Source of the DNA: Chloroflexota bacterium
GTDB taxonomy: Bacteria; Chloroflexota; Dormibacteria; Dormibacterales; Dormibacteraceae
Assembly (NCBI GenBank): GCA_005880915.1
Contig: VBIW01000036.1
Span: forward strand, 27,800 to 91,799
Direction: 5' to 3'
Length of the DNA: 64,000 bases
Shown here: one piece after another, positions 18,382-27,292 of the stretch
Layout of the letters: the number at the start of each line of letters is the position of its first letter
Position numbering within the stretch: position 1 is the first letter of the stretch
Notes under the pieces: model-generated
Database searches by the model: none
What the model was told of the DNA's origin: nothing
Seen by the model: the letters and a program-made list of their open reading frames with translations, nothing else
Made by a program: the position numbers and the translations under genes

Positions 18382-19956
18382 GTGAGGCACCTTCTCCACC
18401 GGCTCGGTGGCGTTCTCCCAGCCGCTGTTGCTCTGGTTCTGCCGCTCATCTTTATACCCATCGCAAGCGATTCCTACATCCTCCCGCGTGCGTCGATTGT
18501 GATCGCAGGCGCATGTATTGGCGCAGGTATCGCACTTTTACTGCCTGACGGTCCCCGGCTTGGCGACTTGCGGTGGCCGCTTTTGGCCGCTGCCGCCGCT
18601 GCGCTGCTTGCCTTCGCGTTCTCCGTCTCTTGGCCGCTGAGCCTGGCGGGTTCCTACACACGATACGAGTCCCTTCCGATGAGGCTGAGTTACATCGGAC
18701 TGCTGGCGTCGACCGTATGGCTCCTGCACACGGCTCGTCAGCGGAGCGCCGTGGTCGCCATGTTCGTCTTCGGCACTTGCGTCGTCTCGCTCCTCGGGGT
18801 TTGGCAGTGGGCCGGGCATGTGTCGTTTCGCCCAGACGGCAACCTCGGCAATGCAAACTTGCTCGCCGCGCTGGTCGCGATGGCGGTGCCGCTTGCCGTG
18901 GACCGGGGGCTGCGAGGCGGCATCTTTGTTTTCGCCTGGGCGGCGGCTATCGTCGTCCTTGCGGCGGGTTTGTTCGTCACGACCTCACGCAGTGGGGCGT
19001 TCGGAGCTGTCGCCGGGTGCTTGACCCTCGCAGTGCTGGCCACACGAGGGCGGCTCGTGATCGGGACCGCTCTTGCCTCTCTATCGGTCGTAGGCATCGG
19101 ACTGTTCGTCATGCTGGGATCGCCGCTGCGGGCCCTGAACAACGACCCGCCTGAGCTACGACTGCACCTTTGGGGCGACGCGCTGCACATGATCGCCGCG
19201 CGACCGCTGACGGGCTGGGGCGAGGACACGACCGGGCTCGCTTTCGGGCACTTCCTGAGCCAGGACTATGCCTCGCTCGTGACCTTCGACCGGGTGCATT
19301 CCGGGCCCCTGGACATCGCGACGACCCAGGGCATCATCGGCCTGGCCGCGCTGGGTTGGGTGCTGGTCGTGCTCGCCGTGAGAGCGTGGCGGCAGCGGCT
19401 GGACCGGGATGTTGCAGCGCTGAGCGCCGCGCTGGTGGGCTACACGGTGTGGGTCGTGTTCAACTTCGACTGGTCCCCCGCGACGGGCGCATTCTGGCTC
19501 CTGGCCGGAACACTGTGGAGTGTGATCGGGGCAGCAAAGCCCCTCTCCCCCCGGGGAGAGGGGCCCCACCTTGGTGGGGGGAGGGGGATCAGGGCGGTCG
19601 TGTCCACGGCGCTCGTGCTTCTCGCCGTCGTGTTCGCCGTCTTCCCCCTCCTCGCCGACGTCTGGTATCTCCGCGGCCGCTCCGACCTGTCAGTCCAGGT
19701 CGACCCTTTTCAGGCGCAATACCACTGGTCACTCGGCGAAGGCTTGATCGCCGCGGGCAGCCTCGCGGCCGGGGTGGCCGAGATGAGGCGCGCCGCCGAC
19801 CTGGGCCAGACCGAGCCGTCCTTCTACGTGGAGCTGGGCGACCGCGAGCGTCAGCTCGGCAATCGAGGGCAGGCGCGACGCGACTACGAGCGGGCGCTCG
19901 AGATCGACCCCTACTACACCCCGGCGTCCCAGCGCGTCAGCACGCTCGGCGCCTGA
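18382..19956 (+). CDS. O-antigen ligase (Wzy_C)-like polytopic membrane protein with C-terminal TPR
   Basis: ORF 17386..19956. The 5' 1 kb is antisense to clpC. Trimmed to GTG 18382 with GAGGAGG 4 nt upstream. Multi-TM, ...GNLGNANLLAALV...TTSRSGAFGA..., C-terminal TPR-like ARRDYERALEIDPYY. Confidence 0.75.
   Translation: MRHLLHRLGGVLPAAVALVLPLIFIPIASDSYILPRASIVIAGACIGAGIALLLPDGPRLGDLRWPLLAAAAAALLAFAFSVSWPLSLAGSYTRYESLPMRLSYIGLLASTVWLLHTARQRSAVVAMFVFGTCVVSLLGVWQWAGHVSFRPDGNLGNANLLAALVAMAVPLAVDRGLRGGIFVFAWAAAIVVLAAGLFVTTSRSGAFGAVAGCLTLAVLATRGRLVIGTALASLSVVGIGLFVMLGSPLRALNNDPPELRLHLWGDALHMIAARPLTGWGEDTTGLAFGHFLSQDYASLVTFDRVHSGPLDIATTQGIIGLAALGWVLVVLAVRAWRQRLDRDVAALSAALVGYTVWVVFNFDWSPATGAFWLLAGTLWSVIGAAKPLSPRGEGPHLGGGRGIRAVVSTALVLLAVVFAVFPLLADVWYLRGRSDLSVQVDPFQAQYHWSLGEGLIAAGSLAAGVAEMRRAADLGQTEPSFYVELGDRERQLGNRGQARRDYERALEIDPYYTPASQRVSTLGA
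19538..19593. repeat. GGGAGAGGGG-type double palindrome (E2) in frame inside the O-antigen-ligase-like CDS
   Basis: CCCCTCTCCCC-cc-GGGGAGAGGGG (19540-19563) immediately followed by CCCCACC-tt-GGTGGGG (19564-19579). Encodes KPLSPRGEGPHLGGGRG. Confidence 0.8.
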
Positions 19957-19987
19957 AGCTCCCTGGCCCCGTTATGGGGCCGAGAGG

Positions 19988-21178
19988 CTACTCCTCTTCT
20001 TCGGGGTACTCGTCGTGCCGGTGGTCGGTGCGAGCCCCGGCCAGGCTCGCCGGCGGCGCCGACAGCTGCTTCAGGCTGAGGGAGATCCGGCGCCTCGCCG
20101 TGTCGATGCCGATCACCTTGACCTGCACCGTCTCGCCTACCTTCAGCACGTCTTCGGTCCGCTCGACGTGGTCCCAGGACAGCTCCGAGATGTGGAGCAG
20201 GCCCTCGATCCCCGGAAGGATCTGGAGGAACGCGCCGTACTTCTTGGTCTTGGTGACCTGTCCCTCGACTATCGAGCCAACGGGCATCGACTGGACCAGG
20301 CGCTCCCATGGGTCCTGCTGCAGCTGGCGCAGCGAGAGTGAGATGCGCGTCTGCTCCGGGTCGAGCTTGATCACCTTCACGGTGACCTCCTCGCCGAGCT
20401 GAAGCACGTCTGTGACCTTGGAGACGCGGTCCCACGAGAGCTCGGAGATGTGAATCAGGCCGTCAGCGCCGCCGATGTCGACGAAGGCGCCATAGCTCGT
20501 GATCCCTGAAACCGTCCCTTTCACCGTGGCCCCGGTCTGCAGGCGGCTGAACAGCTCCTCACGCTTGCGAGCTCGATCCTCGTCCTCTGCCGCCTTCTGG
20601 CTGACGATCAGCCGGTTGCGCTTGCGGTTGACCTCGAGGATCTTGACCGGGATTCGCTTGCCGACCAGCGACTCAAGGCTGCCCGCGTATGCGCGCGCCA
20701 CCTGGCTCGAGGGAAGGAAGCCGCGCAGGCCCAGGATGTTGACGATCAGCCCGCCCTTGTTCTGCTCGCGGACGTCGGCGTCGATCACCGTGCCATCGGT
20801 CTGCTTCTCCGCCGCAACGAGCCATGTCGTCTCTGCCCGCGCCCGGCGCAGGCTGAGCACAACATTCCCCTCGTCGTTCTCGGGCTGAAGGACGTAGACC
20901 TTGATCTGGTCGCCAGGCTCGAGGCCGGCGGGGTCCATCTCCCCTCGCAGGCCGAGCTCCTTGCTCGAGATGACGCCCTCCGCCTTGGCGCCGATGTCGA
21001 CGAGAACCTCGTCCGCGTCGACCCGTACTACGATCCCATCCACGATGTCCCCGTGGTTGGGGGTTTTGAAGGCCTCCTCCTCGAAGTGGAGGTAGTCCTC
21101 CATCGTCATCGCAGCCGAAGACTCCTGGTCGGTCCCCTCCTCGTTTTCGGTCAGGACGGCACCGGACTCAGTAGACAA
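19988..21178 (-). CDS. rpsA: 30S ribosomal protein S1
   Basis: 396 aa. Four S1 OB-fold repeats (e.g. GTVSGITSYGAFVDIGGADGLIHISEL; GQVTKTKKYGAFLQILPGIEGLLHISEL). TTG start with AGGGGG upstream. Confidence 0.93.
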   Translation of the reverse strand: MSTESGAVLTENEEGTDQESSAAMTMEDYLHFEEEAFKTPNHGDIVDGIVVRVDADEVLVDIGAKAEGVISSKELGLRGEMDPAGLEPGDQIKVYVLQPENDEGNVVLSLRRARAETTWLVAAEKQTDGTVIDADVREQNKGGLIVNILGLRGFLPSSQVARAYAGSLESLVGKRIPVKILEVNRKRNRLIVSQKAAEDEDRARKREELFSRLQTGATVKGTVSGITSYGAFVDIGGADGLIHISELSWDRVSKVTDVLQLGEEVTVKVIKLDPEQTRISLSLRQLQQDPWERLVQSMPVGSIVEGQVTKTKKYGAFLQILPGIEGLLHISELSWDHVERTEDVLKVGETVQVKVIGIDTARRRISLSLKQLSAPPASLAGARTDHRHDEYPEEEE

Positions 21179-21270
21179 ATTACGAACCCCCTAAGAGATA
21201 TTGGTGTGGTGTTGGTCGTCAAAACGGCCTCCGCCAAAATGAACGTCAATTGTAACGCAGTTCGGCGCAT

Positions 21271-22086
21271 CTACCCGAGAAAGGGAAGTGCGAGGTCGTG
21301 GTTGTCGATCAGCCTCGTCTTGCCGATCCTTACGGCCATGACGGCGAGGCTTCCGGGCTTCCGAAAAGTAGCCGGGTCGACGACCTCCGCGTACTCGACC
21401 TCGACCAACGGCTCGGACCCGAGCCGAGCCAGCAACAAGACCCGCAGGCGGTCCGGATCGCGCTCACCGGCCGCGTAGGCCGCCGCCCCTTCGCGAAGGG
21501 CCTTGCTCAGGATCGTCGCAGCCTCCCGCTCGGCCGTGCCCAGATAGACGTTGCGCGAGCTCAGCGCGAGGCCGTCCGCCTCGCGCACGGTTGGCACCAC
21601 GCGGATCTCGACCCCAAGGTCGAGGTCCAGGGCCAGGCGCCTCACGACGGCCACCTGCTGCGCATCCTTCTGCCCGAAGTAGGCCCTGTCGGGTTCGACG
21701 GCGGCGAACAGCTTGGTGACGACCGTGGCGACGCCCTCGAAGTGGCCGGGCCTGGCCGACCCCTCGAGAGGCTCGGACACTCCGCCGACGTGGACCCGCG
21801 TGCTCGATTCCGGCGGGTACATCGCGCGAACCTCCGGTACGAATATCGCGTCGACCCCCGCCTTGGCAAGCAGCTCGTCGTCTCGCTTCAAATCGCGCGG
21901 GTAGCGCCCGAGGTCCTCGTTGGGGCCGAACTGGATCGGGTTGACGAAGATGCTCACGACAACGACGTCGTTCTCCGCTCGCGCCATCTCCACCAGACGC
22001 ATGTGCCCGGCGTGGAGTGCGCCCATGGTCGGCACGAGCCCGATCGACCGTCCGGCTACACGCCACTGGCGCGAAGCCTCGAGCAT
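21271..22086 (-). CDS. panC: Pantoate--beta-alanine ligase
   Basis: ORF 21271..22395 trimmed to ATG 22086 (MLEASRQW...). VPTMGALHAGH motif and FVNPIQFGPNEDL. Confidence 0.93.
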   Translation of the reverse strand: MLEASRQWRVAGRSIGLVPTMGALHAGHMRLVEMARAENDVVVVSIFVNPIQFGPNEDLGRYPRDLKRDDELLAKAGVDAIFVPEVRAMYPPESSTRVHVGGVSEPLEGSARPGHFEGVATVVTKLFAAVEPDRAYFGQKDAQQVAVVRRLALDLDLGVEIRVVPTVREADGLALSSRNVYLGTAEREAATILSKALREGAAAYAAGERDPDRLRVLLLARLGSEPLVEVEYAEVVDPATFRKPGSLAVMAVRIGKTRLIDNHDLALPFLG

Positions 22087-22117
22087 CGCGCCGGGAATGG
22101 AGAACCCTTCCAGCGTC

Positions 22118-22963
22118 CTAGCCGCCGTACCTGACCTCTTCCCTGTCCTTGGCCGGGCTCGCGCCGTTGGCCGAGTATTCGTGCTCCGGGCCTGGGAACG
22201 TGCCCCTGCGCACATCCTCGGCGTAGCTCGTCGCGGCGCGGGTGATCTCCTCAGCCAGGTTGGCATACCGCTTGACGAACTTGGGAGCTTTGCCAGTGGT
22301 GAGCCCGAGCATGTCATGCAGGACAAGCACCTGGGCGTCGGTCCCGGGACCGGCGCCGATCCCGATGGTGGGGATCCGCAGCGCCTTGGTGACATCCACA
22401 GCGAGCTTGCTCGGCACTCCTTCGAGCACTAGGCTGAACGCGCCTGCCTGCTCCAGCGCCCTGGCGTCGGCCAGGATGCGAGCCGCCTGGGCGTCGGTCT
22501 TGCCCTGCACTTTGAAACCGCCCATTGCGTGGACGGACTGCGGCGTGAGCCCCAGGTGGCCCATCACAGGGATGCCGAGCTCGGTCAGGCGGCGTGTGAT
22601 CTCGATCACAGGCCCACCCCCTTCGAGCTTGACCGCGTGCATGCCCGCCTCCTGGAGGAACCTGCCCGCGCTGGTGATCGCCTGCTCAGTCGACGCATGG
22701 TAGGACATGAACGGCATGTCGCCGACCAGGAGCGCCTGGCGCGAGCCTCGGGCCACCGCCCCGGCGTGATGGAGCATGTCGTCCAGGGTCACCGGCAGCG
22801 TTGTGGGATAGCCGAGCATGACCATGCCGAGGCTGTCGCCGACCAGCAGCACCGGGATCCCCGCGTCGTCGAGGATCTTCGCGCTGAGGTAGTCGTAGGC
22901 GGTAAGGACCGTAAAGCGCCGGCCTTCGTCCTTGAATCGCTGGACATCCAGGACAGTGGTCAT
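22118..22963 (-). CDS. panB: 3-methyl-2-oxobutanoate hydroxymethyltransferase
   Basis: 281 aa. LTAYDY...LVGDSLGMVMLGY...KLEGG motifs. Confidence 0.95.
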   Translation of the reverse strand: MTTVLDVQRFKDEGRRFTVLTAYDYLSAKILDDAGIPVLLVGDSLGMVMLGYPTTLPVTLDDMLHHAGAVARGSRQALLVGDMPFMSYHASTEQAITSAGRFLQEAGMHAVKLEGGGPVIEITRRLTELGIPVMGHLGLTPQSVHAMGGFKVQGKTDAQAARILADARALEQAGAFSLVLEGVPSKLAVDVTKALRIPTIGIGAGPGTDAQVLVLHDMLGLTTGKAPKFVKRYANLAEEITRAATSYAEDVRRGTFPGPEHEYSANGASPAKDREEVRYGG

Positions 22964-23808
22964 GTGCCTCTCCTTCGGGTCGCTGCCACATCACGGGTCA
23001 GCGCCCTCCTGGTCTGCTCTGCCGCCGCGGGATCGAGCCCCGCCTTCCGCGCGATCTCGAGCGCAACCAGCCCGAGCATACGATAGAGATCCTCTTCACC
23101 TCCCCGCTTGCCGGGGAGGTCGGCGACCGAAGGCCGCCGGGTGGGGGCGTTCAAGCTCTGTATAGCCTCGAGGTGACGCTTCACGGTATCGGCATCCCCC
23201 CGCCGAATCGGCCCGGTGAGCGCCCCCACAACCCCGCGCCTGCTGATGTTCGAGACCGCCCCCTCCACGAGGGGCATCAGCGCTTTCGTCGCTTCTCGCT
23301 CCGTCCACCCGACCTCGGCCAGAAGCCGCACTGCCTCCGCCACGACCACGTCGACGAAGTTCGACGCATAGACGGCTGCGGCGTGATACAGAACGCGTTC
23401 CTCGTCGCCGACGTGCTTCGGTTTGGCGCCAAGGGAGCGCGCGAGCGCGCGAAGCTGCCGCATCAGTGTTGGAGTGGTTGCATCGACCGCGATGGTGATC
23501 CCGCGAAAGGCTGACGGGTCGCGCGGCATCGGAAAGGACTGCAGGGGATGGAACGAACCGCGCGGATTGTCCGCGAGCGCGCTGAGAACGTTGAGCCCCA
23601 GCGCACCACTCACATGCACAACGCCGAGCTCTGCCGGCGGTTTCATGCGAGCCACGCGAGCGGCCATCTCGCTGACAGCTCCATCGGGGACCGCCAGGAA
23701 GATCAGGCCCTGGCGCGGCATTTCGAAACCGGTTCGCGCAGGCACGAGGCGCGCATCCAACGCGCGGGCCAGGCTTCGGCCGAAGTTGCCCCGGCCTACA
23801 ACGGTCAG
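22960..23808 (-). CDS. Rossmann-like plus DUF2520 domain protein (putative oxidoreductase of the pantothenate neighbourhood)
   Basis: ORF 22960..24030. The 5' part overlaps the ftsH 3' end. LTVVGRGNFGRSLA Rossmann start, ...TGPIRRGDADTVKRHLEA... The start is uncertain: only a CTG (23808) is available after the ftsH stop. Confidence 0.65.
   Translation of the reverse strand: MTVVGRGNFGRSLARALDARLVPARTGFEMPRQGLIFLAVPDGAVSEMAARVARMKPPAELGVVHVSGALGLNVLSALADNPRGSFHPLQSFPMPRDPSAFRGITIAVDATTPTLMRQLRALARSLGAKPKHVGDEERVLYHAAAVYASNFVDVVVAEAVRLLAEVGWTEREATKALMPLVEGAVSNISRRGVVGALTGPIRRGDADTVKRHLEAIQSLNAPTRRPSVADLPGKRGGEEDLYRMLGLVALEIARKAGLDPAAAEQTRRALTRDVAATRRRGT
23097..23148. repeat. Dispersed two-hairpin element, degenerate copy D, in frame inside the DUF2520 CDS
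   Basis: CACCTCCCCG-cttgc-CGGGGAGG-t-CGGCGACCGAAGGCCGCCGGGTGGGGGC. It shares the CCTCCCCG/CGGGGAGG hairpin and the GCCGCCGrrTGGGG tail with copy B. Encodes ...NAPTRRPSVADLPGKRGGEE... Confidence 0.55.
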
Positions 23809-23827
23809 CCGATCGGGCGTGTCGGTT

Positions 23828-25687
23828 CTACGAAGCCGCGCCTGACGAGCCGGCCGCGGCGGCGGGAGCCGAGGGCTCCTCGCTGGCGAGGATCTGGTCC
23901 AGCTCCTTGCCATCGATCGTCTCGACGATCTTGAGGCGCTCCACGACCGCGTCCATCTTGCCCCGCTGCTGGGTGAGGATCGTCCGGGCGGTCTGGTAGC
24001 CGTGGTTGATGATCGAGCGGATCTCTTCATCGATCACAGCAGCGATCTCCTCCGAGTAGTTCCGCTGCTCGCCAAGGTCGCGGCCGAGGAACACAAGCTC
24101 TTCCTTGTGGCCCATGGTGACTGTACCGAGCTTGTCCGACATGCCCCACTGGGTCACCATTCGGCGCGCGAGCTGGGTCGCTTTCTGGATGTCGTTCTCA
24201 GCGCCGGACGTGATGTCGTTGAAAACGATCTCCTCCGCCACGCGGCCGCCCATGATGCCCGCGATCTGGTCCATGAGCTCGTCTCGCGAGACCAGATACT
24301 TGTCTTCTTCCGGAAGGCTCAGCGTCCAGCCGAGCGCCATGCCGCGGGAGATGATCGAAACCTTGTGCACGGGATCGGTGTGCGGCAGCGCCTTCATCAC
24401 CAGCGCGTGACCCACCTCGTGGTAGGCGATGATCTCCTTCTCTTTGTCCGAGATGCGGCGGCTCTTGCGTTCGGGACCGGCGATGACGCGTGCGATCGCC
24501 TCCTCGAGCTCGTCCATGCCAATGACCTTCTTGTTGCCGCGGGCGGCGAGGATCGCCGCCTCATTGATCAGGTTGGCGAGGTCGGCGCCACTGAAACCGG
24601 GCGTCTGGCGAGCCAGAACGTCGAGGTCGACGGTCGAGTCGAGCGGCTTGTTGCGAGCGTGCACGTCGAGGATCGACCGGCGTCCCTTGATGTCCGGGCG
24701 GTCGAGCGTGACGTGGCGGTCGAAACGGCCGGGACGGAGCAGCGCCGGGTCCAGGACGTCGGGCCGGTTGGTCGCCGCGATGACGATGACGTGCGTGTTG
24801 GTGTCGAAGCCGTCCATCTCGACGAGCAGCTGGTTCAGAGTCTGCTCGCGCTCGTCGTGGCCACCGCCGAGGCCGGCGCCACGCTGACGGCCCACGGCGT
24901 CGATCTCGTCGACGAAGACGATGCAAGGAGAGTTCTTCTTGGCCTGGTCGAAGAGGTCGCGAACGCGGCTCGCGCCGACACCGACGAACATCTCGACGAA
25001 TTCAGAGCCGGAGATGGAGAAGAAGGGCACGCCCGCCTCACCGGCGACGGCCTTGCTCAGCAGCGTCTTGCCTGTACCGGGAGGGCCGACGAGCAGCACG
25101 CCTTTCGGGATGCGTGCGCCGAGGGCGACGAACTTCTCCGGATATTTGAGGAACTCGACGATCTCTGTCAGCTCCTGCTTAGCTTCATCGACCCCGGCCA
25201 CGTCGGCGAATGTGATCGCGGGCTTGTCGCCGGCGATCATCCTCGCGCGCGAGCGGCCAAATGAGATGGCCTGGTTGTTGCCGCTCTGAGTCTGGCGGAG
25301 CACCCACCACATGAAGGCGGCGATCAGGATCACGAGGATGATGTTCGGAAGCAGCACCTGCAGCAGGTAGCTGCCCGACTGGCTCTTGTCGAATTTCACG
25401 TTCACGTGGTCGGTCTGCATCTGGGTCAGGAGCTGGTTACAGCCGCTGCTGCAGTCGGGAAGCACCACGTTGTGCTTCTTGCCGCCCAGCTCGCTGGCGA
25501 CGCCATCGGTGCCGTTGATCTCGAGGTCCGTTACCTGCCCAGCATCGGCCTTGCTGATCAGGTTGGAATACGTCCAGTCGCTCTGATTCTGGCCGCTCTG
25601 GATCGAGCTCCAGGTGAACCAGAAAATCGCGGCGAGGACCACGACCAATGCAAAGTAAAAAAGGCTGGAGCGGGGGAAACGACTCAA
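23828..25687 (-). CDS. ftsH: ATP-dependent zinc metalloprotease FtsH
   Basis: 619 aa. Two N-terminal TM helices, Walker [12 protein letters not shown] region, zinc motif HEVGHAL. Confidence 0.97.
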   Translation of the reverse strand: MSRFPRSSLFYFALVVVLAAIFWFTWSSIQSGQNQSDWTYSNLISKADAGQVTDLEINGTDGVASELGGKKHNVVLPDCSSGCNQLLTQMQTDHVNVKFDKSQSGSYLLQVLLPNIILVILIAAFMWWVLRQTQSGNNQAISFGRSRARMIAGDKPAITFADVAGVDEAKQELTEIVEFLKYPEKFVALGARIPKGVLLVGPPGTGKTLLSKAVAGEAGVPFFSISGSEFVEMFVGVGASRVRDLFDQAKKNSPCIVFVDEIDAVGRQRGAGLGGGHDEREQTLNQLLVEMDGFDTNTHVIVIAATNRPDVLDPALLRPGRFDRHVTLDRPDIKGRRSILDVHARNKPLDSTVDLDVLARQTPGFSGADLANLINEAAILAARGNKKVIGMDELEEAIARVIAGPERKSRRISDKEKEIIAYHEVGHALVMKALPHTDPVHKVSIISRGMALGWTLSLPEEDKYLVSRDELMDQIAGIMGGRVAEEIVFNDITSGAENDIQKATQLARRMVTQWGMSDKLGTVTMGHKEELVFLGRDLGEQRNYSEEIAAVIDEEIRSIINHGYQTARTILTQQRGKMDAVVERLKIVETIDGKELDQILASEEPSAPAAAAGSSGAAS

Positions 25688-26946
25688 CTCTGATCTCCTC
25701 GAGGGGCTTTTGGAGTTTCTAGCCTAGCAACTTTCCTGGCCGGTGCAACCGGCATAGGCGCCATCGCGACGTGCATCGTCTCGACCCCGAGGTCGCCCGC
25801 GAGGTCGGCGTCGACGGCAAGACCGGGGACCCAGGCCAGCCGGTCGCCCGCAAAAACGAGCGGCCACCCGTCGCGCTCTTCACGCGGCACGCGCGCGTCC
25901 ACAAAGATGTCCTGCAGCTTGCGGGTGCCGCGGCCCCCGAGCGGACGCATCCGAAGCCCAGGACGCCGGTAGTCCACATGGAGCTGAAGCCCGGGGCGAA
26001 GGTGTGCGGCTCTGGTATCCGCACAGCCGCCGCAGCTCCTGACCTCGAGATGAGGCGGGTGCGGGGCCCTGCGCCGCGACGAGACGACTTCCATGTGGTC
26101 CCCCACGATACGGAAACGCAGGGCACCCGGAAGGTCGACGCCTCGACCTCCGCGGCCCGGACCGATAAGCCGCAGCATCGCCGCCACCTGGGTGCGTGAG
26201 AGACCAGGGTCGGACCCTCCCGCGCTCGCATACAGAGTCTTCAAGGCCTCCGCGGCCGCCGGCTCGCTCATGGCAAGCAGGCGACCCCTGGTCATGGGGC
26301 CGGTCGCTTCGCGCGCTGCGGCGTCTTGCCATCTCGTCGCCGCGGCGGCCGCGGCGTGGAAGCGCCGGCTGATCCCGGGTCGGTCTCGTTCGAGGGCAGG
26401 GAGGATGTGCGATCGGACTCGCACCCGCGCAAAACGTGTTTCGAGGTTGGCCGGGTCTTCGTAGGGGATCACGCCGCGCTGTTCGAGGAAGGCACGCACC
26501 TCGCTCTTCCAGACGTCGAGGAATGGACGCACGTAATGGCCGCGTCGGGCCGGCATGCCGCGAAACCCTGCCAGCCCACATCCGCGCAACAGATGAAGGA
26601 CGACCCCTTCGACGAGGTCGTCGGCGGTGTGCGCGAGCGCAACCGCGCCGGCGCCGGCGTCGGCACGAGCACGCTCGAGAAAGTCATAGCGCAGCGTGCG
26701 CGCAGCCGCTTGCAGCGACCCTTTCGGAAGTGGCACGGCGCGGCGCTCGGTGATGAGCCGAATGCCCAGCCTGATGCACAGACCTTCTACCTGCACGGCC
26801 ACCGCATCTGAGCCCTCGCGCAGCGCGTGGTCGTAATGAGCTGCCAGGACGTCGCGCCCTGCCTCGTGCATAGCGATCAGGAGCGCGGTCGAATCGGGGC
26901 CGCCAGAGACGGCCACGAGGACTCGTCCGGATGGAAGCTCAGCCAT
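25684..26946 (-). CDS. tilS: tRNA(Ile)-lysidine synthase
   Basis: ORF 25684..27006 trimmed to ATG 26946 ([25 protein letters not shown]-loop). The first 20 codons of the track ORF are the tRNA read as protein. Confidence 0.9.
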   Translation of the reverse strand: MAELPSGRVLVAVSGGPDSTALLIAMHEAGRDVLAAHYDHALREGSDAVAVQVEGLCIRLGIRLITERRAVPLPKGSLQAAARTLRYDFLERARADAGAGAVALAHTADDLVEGVVLHLLRGCGLAGFRGMPARRGHYVRPFLDVWKSEVRAFLEQRGVIPYEDPANLETRFARVRVRSHILPALERDRPGISRRFHAAAAAATRWQDAAAREATGPMTRGRLLAMSEPAAAEALKTLYASAGGSDPGLSRTQVAAMLRLIGPGRGGRGVDLPGALRFRIVGDHMEVVSSRRRAPHPPHLEVRSCGGCADTRAAHLRPGLQLHVDYRRPGLRMRPLGGRGTRKLQDIFVDARVPREERDGWPLVFAGDRLAWVPGLAVDADLAGDLGVETMHVAMAPMPVAPARKVARLETPKAPRGDQS

Positions 26947-27021
26947 GGTGGTGCCGGGTGGACTCGAACCACCGACAACGCGATTATGAGTCGCGCGCTC
27001 TACCACCTGAGCTACGGCACC
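26946..27021 (-). tRNA. tRNA with anticodon CAT: elongator Met or lysidine-dependent Ile2 (undecided). CCA encoded.
   Basis: Minus-strand cloverleaf: GGTGCCG-TA-GCTC-AGGTGGTA-GAGC-G-CGCGA-CTCATAA-TCGCG-TTGTC-GGTGG-TTCGAGT-CCACC-CGGCACC-A-CCA. It is not an initiator: position 1-72 is paired and there is no GGG/CCC anticodon stem. Confidence 0.88.
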
Positions 27022-27033
27022 GCGTAAGAGATG

Positions 27034-27117
27034 CTAGCGAGAGGCTTGGGCGCGCGCCTTGAGCTTCTTCTTCTTCTTGCGGTGCTTGTCGATCGCTACG
27101 CGCTTTCTCTTGTTCAT
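27034..27117 (-). CDS. 27-aa Lys/Arg-rich micro-protein (candidate very small ribosomal-type protein)
   Basis: MNKRKRVAIDKHRKKKKKLKARAQASR. ATG 27117 preceded by GAGG, stop at 27034. Lies between the two tRNAs and corresponds to the tail of a spurious 172-aa track ORF. Confidence 0.4.
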   Translation of the reverse strand: MNKRKRVAIDKHRKKKKKLKARAQASR

Positions 27118-27155
27118 CGCCTCGGGCACGAATGGCTGGGGGGTTGGGATCAGGG

Positions 27156-27230
27156 TGGTTGCGGAGCTTGGATTCGAACCAAGGACCTTCGGGTTATGAG
27201 CCCGACGAGCTGCCGCTGCTCCACTCCGCG
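27156..27230 (-). tRNA. Initiator tRNA-fMet (CAT)
   Basis: CGCGGAGTGGAGCAGCGGCAGCTCGTCGGGCTCATAACCCGAAGGTCCTTGGTTCGAATCCAAGCTCCGCAACCA. C1-A72 mismatch and three G-C pairs closing the anticodon stem (TCGGG/CCCGA) are initiator hallmarks. Confidence 0.92.
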
Positions 27231-27255
27231 CTGAAAAGTATACCGCCGGACAGAT

Positions 27256-27292
27256 TCCCTCCCCCTCCGGGAGGATGGTCAGGGAGAGGGCC
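27256..27292. repeat. GGGAGAGGG-type repeat (E3) at the 3' end of the divIC-like gene
   Basis: CCCTCCCCCTCCGGGAGGATGGTCAGGGAGAGGGCCG. The FtsB/DivIC-like ORF terminates inside it. Confidence 0.55.

Noticed and set aside
21179-21270. Promoter or structured leader upstream of rpsA (TACAAT and TTGACG hexamers)
   Set aside because: The hexamers exist, but their spacing does not give a coherent -35/-10 pair. No conserved structure was recognisable. The evidence is too weak to call a feature.
26947-27006. N-terminal 20 codons of the track's tilS ORF (MVERATHNRVVGGSSPPGTT)
   Set aside because: This stretch is the tRNA(CAU) gene read as protein. VVGGSSPPG is the usual T-arm translation. The PP-loop protein starts at ATG 26946.
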